Positions 19,827-28,080 of a stretch of 64,000 nucleotides of DNA are shown here, one piece after another. A model generated the notes under the pieces. The model was not told the origin of the DNA, did not search any database, and saw nothing but the letters and a program-made list of their open reading frames with translations. The stretch covers positions 133,353 through 197,352 of the forward strand of contig DASUJH010000028.1 of NCBI GenBank assembly GCA_036279355.1. The letters run 5' to 3'. A program made the translations under genes and the position numbers. The DNA is from Gemmatimonadales bacterium (GTDB taxonomy: Bacteria; Gemmatimonadota; Gemmatimonadetes; Gemmatimonadales; GWC2-71-9). The first letter of the stretch is position 1; each line of letters begins with the position of its first letter.

Positions 19827-21356
19827 TCAGGGGCCGGCGGAAAGTGGCGTGATTTCGATGCGGCGATTGAGCGCACGACCCACGGCCGAGGTATCGGATG
19901 TCACCGGCGCGGTGGCGCCGTAGAACTTCGACACAAGGCGCTGGGCGCGAACGCCCTTGCCGATGAAATAGGAGCGCACTGCCTCGACCCGGAGGTTGGC
20001 GAGGCGGCGGCTGTCGACGTCCGAGCGGGTGTTCGCGGTGTAGGCGCCGATCTCCACGCGGAGCGCCGGATCGGCATCGAGCATCGCCGCCGCGGAGTCG
20101 AGCGCCGGCTGCGCGGTGGTTCTGAGGCGCGCGCTGCCGAGGGCGAACGCATCGCCATGCAGGACGACCGGATGCGCCTGGACGGGTCGGGGCGCCGCCG
20201 GCGGCGGGGCCGCGGCCGCTGGCGGCGCGGCCGAGGCCGTGGGCGGGCGCGCCGGCGCCTCTCGCGCCGCTCCCTCCGATGGCGACGCTTCGCCCTTGGC
20301 ACAGCCCGTGGCGTTCACCGATTCGCCCGACGGAGTGCTGGGGCACTGGTCGATACCGTCGAGCACTCCGTCGCCATCCGAGTCGCTCGGGCAGCCGAGG
20401 GCATCCACCGTGGCGCCCTTTGGCGTGTCGGGGCAGCGGTCGAGGCCATCCGCCACCCCGTCCTTGTCGCTGTCCACGGGACAGCCGCTCGCGTCCACGA
20501 CCGCGTGGGCCGGCGTGTTGGGGCACTTGTCGACGCCGTCCACCACGCCGTCATGATCGCTGTCGAGCGGACATCCGGTGGCATTGACCCTGACCCCGGC
20601 CGGCGTGTCGGGGCACCGGTCCACTCCATCGGCGACGCCGTCCTTGTCGGTATCGATGGGGCAGCCGGTCGGATCGACCTGGATGCCGGCCGGCGTCGCG
20701 GGGCAACGGTCATCGGTGTCGAGGACACCGTCGCCGTCGGAATCAACCAGGGCCTTGCTGCCGAGCATCAGGCTCGCGCCCAGGTTCACGCCAAAGTTGG
20801 TGAGCTTGCGATCGCCGCTGCTGTTCCGGTTGAGCACCCCTTCGCCCCGGACGAGCACGGTCGGGACGATCGCGACGCGGAAGCCGAGGCCGCCGAGGAG
20901 CGACGTCGCGGTACCGCAGGGCCCCGCGCCCGGAATGGCCACGTCCGGGCAGTTGCCGCCGTATGTGGTGCCGCCGACCCCGAACTTGAGATAGGCCGAG
21001 TTGTTGATGCCGATCGGCACGTTGTAGAGCAACGCCCCGTTGAAGGTCTTCACCGTGACGCGCTGTGAGCCGCTCTCGGTTTTCGGTTTGGCGAACGCCC
21101 CCTCCGCCTCGACTTCGAACCGGGCGGGTAGCCAGATCCCGATTCGGCCGAGGGCACCGAAGCCGGTCTTGAGATCGGTGGCGTTGTCGAACGTCATGAG
21201 GTCGCCCGCGGCGCCGACCTCGACGATATACTTGCGCGGGGCCTGCTGGCTGAGAGCCCCGGGAGCGAACGTCGCGAGCAAAAGAAGCGGCGCCAGGGCC
21301 GTGCACGTCGCACGGCCCCGGCGCCGGCCCGGGGTCCTGCCCCTGAGGTACGTCAT
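19827..21356 (-). CDS. OmpA-family outer membrane protein with thrombospondin type-3 (Ca-binding) repeats
   Basis: Signal peptide, N-terminal beta-barrel-like region, five 30-aa DxDxDGVxDxxDxCPxTPxG repeats, a Pro/Ala linker and a C-terminal OmpA peptidoglycan-binding domain (NRRIEI). Confidence 0.85.
   Translation of the reverse strand: MTYLRGRTPGRRRGRATCTALAPLLLLATFAPGALSQQAPRKYIVEVGAAGDLMTFDNATDLKTGFGALGRIGIWLPARFEVEAEGAFAKPKTESGSQRVTVKTFNGALLYNVPIGINNSAYLKFGVGGTTYGGNCPDVAIPGAGPCGTATSLLGGLGFRVAIVPTVLVRGEGVLNRNSSGDRKLTNFGVNLGASLMLGSKALVDSDGDGVLDTDDRCPATPAGIQVDPTGCPIDTDKDGVADGVDRCPDTPAGVRVNATGCPLDSDHDGVVDGVDKCPNTPAHAVVDASGCPVDSDKDGVADGLDRCPDTPKGATVDALGCPSDSDGDGVLDGIDQCPSTPSGESVNATGCAKGEASPSEGAAREAPARPPTASAAPPAAAAPPPAAPRPVQAHPVVLHGDAFALGSARLRTTAQPALDSAAAMLDADPALRVEIGAYTANTRSDVDSRRLANLRVEAVRSYFIGKGVRAQRLVSKFYGATAPVTSDTSAVGRALNRRIEITPLSAGP
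20295..20744 (-). repeat. five tandem 90-nt (30-codon) TSP3-type repeats inside the ompA-like gene
   Basis: Protein positions about 205-354: DSDGDGVLDTDDRCPATPAGIQVDPTGCPI / DTDKDGVADGVDRCPDTPAGVRVNATGCPL / DSDHDGVVDGVDKCPNTPAHAVVDASGCPV / DSDKDGVADGLDRCPDTPKGATVDALGCPS / DSDGDGVLDGIDQCPSTPSGESVNATGCAK. Confidence 0.8.
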
Positions 21357-21409
21357 CGTACGCGAATAGATATGCCGTCCCTAGGCGGCTGACAAGCGCG
21401 GCGGCGGGG

Positions 21410-21438
21410 TTGGCATCCCCCAGGGGCGCCGCTACGAT
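21410..21438 (+). promoter_or_regulatory. candidate sigma-70 promoter for the SelW-like gene
   Basis: TTGGCA (21410-21415), a 17-nt spacer, then TACGAT (21433-21438), about 40 nt upstream of the ATG at 21478. Confidence 0.35.
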
Positions 21439-21477
21439 TCTGTCCCAAGCACCGCCCAGAGCAAGGAGCGCCGACCG

Positions 21478-21711
21478 ATGCAGGTCGTCATCGAATATTG
21501 CGTCGTCTGAAACTATCAATCGCGAGCCGCCGGTCTGGCGGCTGAAATCGAGCGGGAGTTTCCCGACAGCGAGATCCGGATGGTGCCCTCGTCCGGCGGC
21601 CGGTTCGAGATCGCCCTCGACGGGCATTCGGTGTTCTCGAAGAAGGCCGCCGGCCGCCACGCGGCACCGGGCGAGGTCGTGGGGCTGATCCGCAAGCACA
21701 AATCGGCTTAA
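21478..21711 (+). CDS. SelW/Rdx-family thioredoxin-fold selenoprotein (77 codons; in-frame UGA at 21508-21510 read as selenocysteine)
   Basis: AAGGAG RBS 9 nt upstream of the ATG. Encodes MQVVIEYCVV-U-NYQSRAAGLAAEIEREFPDSEIRMVPSSGGRFEIALDGHSVFSKKAAGRHAAPGEVVGLIRKHKSA, ending at TAA 21709-21711. The CxxU redox motif and the downstream GG.FEI..DG...SKK..GR.P pattern fit the Rdx family. Not in the ORF track because the TGA splits it. Confidence 0.75.
21525..21543 (+). promoter_or_regulatory. SECIS-like stem-loop downstream of the UGA
   Basis: Perfect 7-bp stem AGCCGCC / GGCGGCT with apical loop GGUCU, starting 14 nt after the UGA. The loop resembles the GGUC apical loop of the E. coli fdhF SECIS (recalled from memory). 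Confidence 0.55.
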
Positions 21712-21731
21712 CGGGACGGGATCAGGCGGGG

Positions 21732-22811
21732 ATGCGGATCGCCATCTCGACCGGCGGCGGCGACGCGCCGGGGCTCAATGCAGTCATTCGTGCCGTCGCG
21801 CTCTCGGCCCACCGTCGCGGCTGGCACTGCTACGGGATCCTCCGCGGCTACGACGGACTCCTCGCCTTCGACGGCGTGGTCCCGCTCGGCCCCGAGCAGG
21901 TCCGTGGCATCACCCACCTGGGCGGCACCATTCTCGGCACCAGCAATCGAGGCAATCCCTTTCACTTCACAGTCCGGGACTCCGAGGGCCGCGAGACCGA
22001 GGTCGACCGGTCGGACGACCTCGTGGCCGCGTTCCAGGCGAGCGGCTTCGACGCGCTGGTCTCGATCGGGGGCGACGGCAGCCTCGCCATCGCGTACGAG
22101 CTCTGGAAGAAAGGCGTGCCGGTGGTCTGCGTGCCCAAGACCATCGACAACGACGTGAGCGGCACCCAGCGCACCTTCGGCTACGACACCGCGGTGAGCA
22201 CCGCCACCGAGGCCATCGATCGGCTGCACTCGACCGCGGAGAGCCACGAGCGGGTGATGGTGGTGGAAGTAATGGGCCGCTACGCCGGCTGGATCGCGCT
22301 CACGAGCGGCCTCTCGGGGAGCGCGGACGTGATCCTCCTGCCCGAGATTCCGTTCGATATCGAAAAGGTCTGCGCCAAGATCCGGAGCCGTGAGGCCGCC
22401 GGCCGCCGATTCAGCATCGTGGTGGTGGCCGAAGGCGCGCGGCCGGCGGGCGGCGAGATCGTGATGGTCGAGCGGCGCGGGCCCGGCACCGTGGATCGGC
22501 TGGGTGGGATCGCGGGACAGGTGGCGCGCGCCATCCATGAGCGCACCCGCAAGGAGGTTCGCACGCTGGTGCTCGGCCACTTGCAGCGCGGTGGCTCGCC
22601 CACGACCTACGACCGCCTGCTCGCGCTCCGATTCGGGTGCGCCGCCGTGCGCACCATCGCCGACCGCTGCTTCGGCGTCATGGTCGGCACGAGCGGAACC
22701 ACGATCAGCCGGGTGCCGCTCGCCGACGTCGTGGGCCGGCCGAAGAATGTGCCGCTCGATTCCGATATCGTGGCTACCGCGCGCGATCTCGGCATCAGCC
22801 TCGGCGACTGA
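21732..22811 (+). CDS. pfkA: 6-phosphofructokinase (PfkA family)
   Basis: MRIAISTGGGDAPGLNAVIR, IGGDGS, PKTIDND and MGRYAGW motifs. Confidence 0.9.
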   Translation: MRIAISTGGGDAPGLNAVIRAVALSAHRRGWHCYGILRGYDGLLAFDGVVPLGPEQVRGITHLGGTILGTSNRGNPFHFTVRDSEGRETEVDRSDDLVAAFQASGFDALVSIGGDGSLAIAYELWKKGVPVVCVPKTIDNDVSGTQRTFGYDTAVSTATEAIDRLHSTAESHERVMVVEVMGRYAGWIALTSGLSGSADVILLPEIPFDIEKVCAKIRSREAAGRRFSIVVVAEGARPAGGEIVMVERRGPGTVDRLGGIAGQVARAIHERTRKEVRTLVLGHLQRGGSPTTYDRLLALRFGCAAVRTIADRCFGVMVGTSGTTISRVPLADVVGRPKNVPLDSDIVATARDLGISLGD

Positions 22812-22819
22812 GCGTGCCG

Positions 22820-24886
22820 ATGCCCACCGCCCGCGGCGCCGGCCGGCCGCTCGTGTATCCGCCCACCCGCCGCGACGACGTCGTCGACGTGCTCCACGGC
22901 GAGCGGATCGCAGATCCCTACCGCTGGCTCGAGAACGGCGACAGCGCCGAAACCCGGGCGTGGACCGCCGCGCAGAATGCGCTGACCGAAGCCTACCTTG
23001 CCGGTGTGCCCGCGCGTGCGCGGATCCGCGCCCGACTCGAGACGCTGCTCACGATCGGCGTTCTCGGCGCGCCGACGCCGGCGCGCGGGCGGTATTTCCA
23101 TCAGAGCCGCGAAGGGTGGCAGAACCAGGCCATCCTCTGGGTGCGCGAAGGCGTCGGGGGCGCCGACCGCGTGCTGGTGGACCCCAACGCGCTCGACCCC
23201 GGTGGTACGACCGCGCTCGACTGGTATTTCCCGAGCGAGGACGGCCGGCTGCTCGCGTACGGGCTCTCGGAGAACGGAAGCGAAGCGAGCGTGCTGCACG
23301 TGCTCGACGTGTCGACCGGCGCGCCGCTTTCCGACCGCATCCCGCACGCCCGCGCGGCCGAGGTAGCGTGGCTGCCCGACGGGAGCGCGTTCTACTACAC
23401 GCGCCTTCCCGAGCCGGGCTCGGTTGCCGAAGGCGAGGAGCACTACCATCGCGCGGTGTACCTGCACCGGCTGGGAGACGATCCCTCGCGCGACGCGCTC
23501 GTCTTCCAGCCTGCGGCCAAGGAGTTCTGGCCCGGCGTGCGGCTCTCACCCGACGGGCGTTGGCTGCTCATCTCGGTCGCGCGCACCTTCGACCAGACCG
23601 ACCTCTACCTGCAGGATCTCCGCGCGGGCAGGGCACCCCTCGCGGTGGCCGAGGGACTTGCAGCGCTTTTCGATGCCGAGGTGGTCGAGGGCCGGCTGTA
23701 CATTCGGACCAATCTCCACGCGCCCACCTACGGTCTTTACATCCTGGACGCCGGGCACCCGGCGCTGGCCTCCGCGGGTGAGCTCGTTGCGCCACGGCCC
23801 GACGCGGTGCTCGACGGCGCCGTCGTGGTCGGTCGCAGGCTGGCGCTCAGCTACCTGGAGCGCGCCACTTCCCGGCTCGAGCTCGCCGCGCTGGACGGGG
23901 CCGGGCGCCGCGAGGTGTCGCTGCCGGGCGTGGGCAGCGTGTTCGGCCTGGGGGCCGAGTGGGACGGCGACGAGCTGTTCTACGGCTACACCTCGTTCAC
24001 CGTGCCGCCAAGCGTCTACCGCATCGACCTGCGCACCGGCGAGGAGACGCTCTGGCGCCGAGTCGAGGCCGACGTACGGCCCGAGCGCTTCGAGGTGCGC
24101 CAGGTGTCCTATCCCTCGCGTGACGGCACGCCGATCAGCATGTTTCTGGTATACCCGCGCGGTCTCGTGCGCGACGGCAATACGCCCACCTACCTGAGCG
24201 GCTACGGCGGTTTCAACATCAGCATGACGCCGGCGTTCTCGCGTTCGCTCCTGCTCTGGCTCGAGCGCGGGAATCTCGTGGCGATCCCGAATCTGCGCGG
24301 TGGCGGTGAGTACGGCGAAGCGTGGCACCAGGCCGGCATGCTGGCGAACAAGCAGAACACCTTCGACGACTTCATCGCCGCGGCCGAATGGCTCTTCGCC
24401 GAGCAATACACCCGGCCCGAGCGGCTCGCGGCGGAGGGCGGGTCGAACGGGGGCCTTCTCATGGGCGCCGTGCTCACCCAACGTCCCGAGCTCTTCCGCG
24501 CGATCGTGATCCGGGTGCCGCTGCTCGACATGCTGCGCTACCATCGCTTCCTGATCGCGCGGCTCTGGCTGCCGGAATACGGCTCGCCAGACATCCCGGT
24601 GGAGTTCGGCTGGCTCCGCGCCTACTCACCGTACCATCACGTGCATCCGGGCACGCCATACCCCGCCGTCCTGCTCGCCACCGCGGAGAGTGACACCCGG
24701 GTGGACCCGATGCACGCGCGGAAGATGACGGCCGCCTTGCAGGCCGCCAGCAGCTCGTCGCATCCGATCCTGCTCCGGCTAGAGGCGAGGGCTGGCCACG
24801 GCGCCGGCAAGCCGCTGTCCAAGGTGCTGGACGAGCAGACAGACGTGTGGAGTTTTGTGTTTCAGGAGCTGGGCGTCGAGTATTAG
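22820..24886 (+). CDS. prolyl oligopeptidase (S9A serine peptidase)
   Basis: ORF 22637..24886 trimmed to the ATG at 22820. N-terminal DPYRWLE motif, beta-propeller region, catalytic GGSNGGLL nucleophile elbow and a C-terminal D/H region (DTRVDPMHARK ... AGHG). Confidence 0.85.
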   Translation: MPTARGAGRPLVYPPTRRDDVVDVLHGERIADPYRWLENGDSAETRAWTAAQNALTEAYLAGVPARARIRARLETLLTIGVLGAPTPARGRYFHQSREGWQNQAILWVREGVGGADRVLVDPNALDPGGTTALDWYFPSEDGRLLAYGLSENGSEASVLHVLDVSTGAPLSDRIPHARAAEVAWLPDGSAFYYTRLPEPGSVAEGEEHYHRAVYLHRLGDDPSRDALVFQPAAKEFWPGVRLSPDGRWLLISVARTFDQTDLYLQDLRAGRAPLAVAEGLAALFDAEVVEGRLYIRTNLHAPTYGLYILDAGHPALASAGELVAPRPDAVLDGAVVVGRRLALSYLERATSRLELAALDGAGRREVSLPGVGSVFGLGAEWDGDELFYGYTSFTVPPSVYRIDLRTGEETLWRRVEADVRPERFEVRQVSYPSRDGTPISMFLVYPRGLVRDGNTPTYLSGYGGFNISMTPAFSRSLLLWLERGNLVAIPNLRGGGEYGEAWHQAGMLANKQNTFDDFIAAAEWLFAEQYTRPERLAAEGGSNGGLLMGAVLTQRPELFRAIVIRVPLLDMLRYHRFLIARLWLPEYGSPDIPVEFGWLRAYSPYHHVHPGTPYPAVLLATAESDTRVDPMHARKMTAALQAASSSSHPILLRLEARAGHGAGKPLSKVLDEQTDVWSFVFQELGVEY

Positions 24887-24934
24887 GGGAGCGTTCGCGC
24901 CGGGCAGCCGTCTCTCAGCGGGGGTCTTACACCG

Positions 24935-25453
24935 ATGAACCAGCGTTCCGTGTCAATGCTTCATCCGGCCGAGTGGCTCGCCGTGCTACGCATCGTAGTC
25001 GGGCTTTACTTCGTGAAGTCGCTCGTGACGAAGATGTCGATCGTGCTCGCGGGCGGCGTGGTGCCGGTGCCGGCGGTGTCGGATCGATGGCTCACCGTCA
25101 TGCCCAAGATCGTGGCCAAGCAGGCGGCCGGCAATCCGATCCTGCCGTACAAGCACTTCCTCGAGCAGACGGTGATTCCGAACAGCCCCGTATTCGCGCG
25201 ACTCACCGCGTGGGGCGAAACGATCGCGGGCCTGGGCCTCACGCTCGGCCTCTTTACGCCGCTCGCGGCACTCGTCGGCATCGTGCTCGTGATCAACTAC
25301 GGGCTCGCAACCCAGTGGATGTCGGCGGGGCAGCAGGGATTCCACATCGTGCTGTTCGCGCTCATGATCGCTTTCATCTTTGCGCGAGCGGGGCGGCGCT
25401 GGGGGCTCGACGAAGTGCTCCTCGCGCGGCGGGAGCGGCGCCTCAATAATTGA
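24935..25453 (+). CDS. DoxX-family membrane protein
   Basis: 172 aa, 4 TM helices, with LRIVVGLYF and GETIAGLGLTLGLFTPLAAL patterns. Confidence 0.65.
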   Translation: MNQRSVSMLHPAEWLAVLRIVVGLYFVKSLVTKMSIVLAGGVVPVPAVSDRWLTVMPKIVAKQAAGNPILPYKHFLEQTVIPNSPVFARLTAWGETIAGLGLTLGLFTPLAALVGIVLVINYGLATQWMSAGQQGFHIVLFALMIAFIFARAGRRWGLDEVLLARRERRLNN

Positions 25454-25982
25454 TCTCGGTTTCCTTGCCCCCGATGAGCCGGGTGGCCACGCCTTCGATC
25501 TCGCAGTGGGCGTTGTGAGGAGAGTAGAGCAGACAGAAGATGCCGTCCGCCTTCCAGTGGTCCTGCCAGAGCTGCATCACGCCGCGATCGGCGCCCGAGA
25601 ACACCGGATAGGGTCGTGTATCAGGGCGGTGTGCAATGTGGGTGTGCACGGTCCCGAACCATTCCGGCGGTCCACAAGCCTCGATCGATTCCCCCGCCGA
25701 AATGTTGAGCGAATCGGCATGCGCGCCGTCGAGCAGCATGATGTGCGTGATGCGGGTGACGCTGTCGATCCGCTCGCCGGCCAGGCACGCGACGCGCTCC
25801 GCCTTGGCGGCGACACTCGCGTCCCAGAGATGGCGGAACGCCGCATCGGCGCTCGGCGTGAGCTCAAACACGAATGATGCCGCCGGGCGCGGCGTGGTTC
25901 GCCCGGGCGCGACCGGCAGGGACGGCTCGGCGGCGGCGGCGAGGGCAAAGGCGCCGGCTGCCGTCAGGATTGCGCGGAGCAT
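25443..25982 (-). CDS. exported hypothetical protein with JAB/MPN (JAMM)-like metal motif
   Basis: ORF 25443..26162 trimmed to the ATG at 25982 (MLRAILTAAGAFALAAAAEP signal), 5 nt after the upstream stop. HTHIAH...(x)...SGAD resembles the HxH...SxxD JAMM signature. Last gene of the xoxF1 transcription unit. Confidence 0.4.
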   Translation of the reverse strand: MLRAILTAAGAFALAAAAEPSLPVAPGRTTPRPAASFVFELTPSADAAFRHLWDASVAAKAERVACLAGERIDSVTRITHIMLLDGAHADSLNISAGESIEACGPPEWFGTVHTHIAHRPDTRPYPVFSGADRGVMQLWQDHWKADGIFCLLYSPHNAHCEIEGVATRLIGGKETEINY

Positions 25983-25987
25983 CTGCG

Positions 25988-27124
25988 TCAGGACGCCGGG
26001 GGTCCGCCCGGCGCGGGTGCGATCGCCACGCCCCAGGGCGACTGGCCTACCGGGATGCGCTCGGTAACCTTGAGCGATTCCGTATTGACCACGCTCACGT
26101 CGTTCGACGGGCCGTTGGCCGTGTAGAGCTCGGAGCCGTCCGGTGTGAGCGCAATGCCCCACGGCCGCTTGCCCACGGCCACCTTGCCCAGGACCTTGCG
26201 GGTATTTGCGTCGAGCACCACCACGTCACCGCCGCGGCCGGTCGAGACATAGACTTTCTTCCCGTCGTGGCTCACCACGACTCCCATCGGCTTGGCGCCG
26301 GCCGCGAACTTCACCGTATCGATCGATTGCCGCTTGGCGACGTCGATGACCCACACCGTGCCGTCGACTTCGCACGTCACGAACGCGAGCTTGCCGTCCG
26401 GCGTGAACGCGATGCCGCGGGGCCGCTTGCCGACCTCGATCGCGCCGAGCACCTTGCCGGTCGAGGCGTCGAGGATAGTCACGTTGTGCGCCGTCTCGCC
26501 GGTCACCCAGACGACCTTGCCGTCGGGCCGCACGCGGACTCCCTCCGGCTCCTTTCCGACCGGCACCGTCGAGAGCACCTTGCCGCTCGAAATGTCGACG
26601 ATAGACGCGGTGCCAGCATCCTCGTTGGAGACGAAGAGACGGGACCCGTCCTCTGAGACGTCGAAATTCTCTGGGTCCGAGCCGGCCGGAAGAATGCGCG
26701 TGACCTTGCGTGCCGCCGCGTCGACCACCGCCACGCCGTCCTTGCTCTTGTCCGCCTTGAGCTTCTCGCACTCGGCATCAGGCATCGTCGGCGGGCAACG
26801 GGGTGAGCCGCTGAGCGCGACGTAGATCGTGCGCCCGTCGTCGCTGGCTTTCACGCCGCGCGGGCGGGTGCCCACCGGAATCGTCGCCATAACCCTTGCC
26901 GTCCCCACGTCGATGACCGAGAGCGCCTCGGAGCCCTCGTTCGTCACGTACGCCACGGGGCCGGTCGTGACGAGTGGGGTCGTGTCGGCCGGGGTAGCCG
27001 CCGGGTCGCCGGCGGCCGCGCCCGAGGGTGGGGCATTGGAATTCTGCGCCAGATTGCGCGCGCTGTCGCCTGGCGCCGAACAGGCGGCGGCGAGGAAGAG
27101 CATCGCCAGCAAGCTATTTCGCAT
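25988..27124 (-). CDS. YVTN-repeat beta-propeller protein (PQQ-dependent-catabolism-associated type)
   Basis: Repeated about 40-aa units (YVTNEGSEALSVIDV, FVSNEDAGTASIVDI, WVTGETAHNVTILD, FVTCEVDGTVWVIDV, YVSTGRGGDVVVLD, YTANGPSNDVSVVN). Signal peptide from the ATG at 27124; TTG/ATG at 27160/27157 are alternative starts. Confidence 0.75.
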   Translation of the reverse strand: MRNSLLAMLFLAAACSAPGDSARNLAQNSNAPPSGAAAGDPAATPADTTPLVTTGPVAYVTNEGSEALSVIDVGTARVMATIPVGTRPRGVKASDDGRTIYVALSGSPRCPPTMPDAECEKLKADKSKDGVAVVDAAARKVTRILPAGSDPENFDVSEDGSRLFVSNEDAGTASIVDISSGKVLSTVPVGKEPEGVRVRPDGKVVWVTGETAHNVTILDASTGKVLGAIEVGKRPRGIAFTPDGKLAFVTCEVDGTVWVIDVAKRQSIDTVKFAAGAKPMGVVVSHDGKKVYVSTGRGGDVVVLDANTRKVLGKVAVGKRPWGIALTPDGSELYTANGPSNDVSVVNTESLKVTERIPVGQSPWGVAIAPAPGGPPAS

Positions 27125-28016
27125 CGAAGATCGCCTTGTCACGGTTGCGGGCCTCATCAAGGCCCTTGATCTCAGCCAGACCGGTGGCGTTCCGGAAGAT
27201 CGCGCCGTTGATGTCCGCCTTCGCGAAGTTCGCGCCGGCGAGATTGGCTCGCGTGAAGTCGGTCTGGATGAGATCGCTGTTACGGAGATCGGCGCCCACG
27301 AGCCGGGCGCCGGTGAGATCGGCGTATGAGAGATCGGCCTTGAAGAGATTGGCGCCCGACAGATCGGCGCTGCTCAGGTCCGCGCCGACGAACGTGGCCC
27401 GCATGACGCCCATCGATTGATTACCCGGATCGGCGCCGATGTTCGCATTGCGCAGATTCGCGCCGGCGAGATTCGCGTCCTTGAGATAGCCGATGATCCG
27501 CGCCTTCGACAGATTTGCTCCCCGGAAGTCGGCCTTCTCCACGATGGTGGCAAAGAGGCTCGCGCCCTCGAGGTTGGCGTCCCGGAAGTTGGCGCGGCGG
27601 AGCGTCGAGCCGTCGAGATTGGCGCCCTGGAGGTCGGCCCGCGTCAAGACGGCGCCGGTGAGATCGCACCCGAAGAGATTCGCCTTGACCAGTTTGGCGC
27701 GCACGAGTCGGGCGCCCGAGAGATTTGCTCTGTGAAAATCCAGCCCGCTCAGGTCGAGCGCGGTGAGGTCGGTGCCGGCCAGGTTGGCCGGCGCGCTCTC
27801 CGTCGCCGCGGCCAGCTTCGCCTTGACCTCTGGAACGGTGAGCGGCTTCGCCGGCTGCCGATCCGATGCACCCGCCGCGGGCGCGTCCTGGGCCGCTCCC
27901 GTCCGGGCCGCGCTCGCGAGGAGGATCGCGCTCAGAGCCCATGCGGTGAGCTGAACGGAGCGGGAGAGCGATGCCACGGGCGCCTCACGTCGAGGAAAAA
28001 AGAGCGACGGGACCAC
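27114..28016 (-). CDS. exported pentapeptide-repeat protein
   Basis: Signal peptide followed by about 40 A(D/N)LxG-type pentapeptides (ANLAGTDLTALDLSGLDFHRANLSGARLVRAKL...). Confidence 0.8.
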   Translation of the reverse strand: MVPSLFFPRREAPVASLSRSVQLTAWALSAILLASAARTGAAQDAPAAGASDRQPAKPLTVPEVKAKLAAATESAPANLAGTDLTALDLSGLDFHRANLSGARLVRAKLVKANLFGCDLTGAVLTRADLQGANLDGSTLRRANFRDANLEGASLFATIVEKADFRGANLSKARIIGYLKDANLAGANLRNANIGADPGNQSMGVMRATFVGADLSSADLSGANLFKADLSYADLTGARLVGADLRNSDLIQTDFTRANLAGANFAKADINGAIFRNATGLAEIKGLDEARNRDKAIFDAK

Positions 28017-28080
28017 CAGCGCTGGTGGCCCCGTCTCTCAAGTTACCCATGTCTTTCGACGTTGGCTACGATCGTACCGA

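Noticed and set aside
21410-21701. Track ORFs 21410..21688 (+, 92 aa) and 21516..21701 (-, 61 aa) in the ompA-pfk gap
   Set aside because: Both are Arg/Ser/Pro-rich with no motif. The third plus frame, read through the TGA, gives a family-like SelW/Rdx protein with an RBS and a SECIS-like hairpin, so it is preferred.
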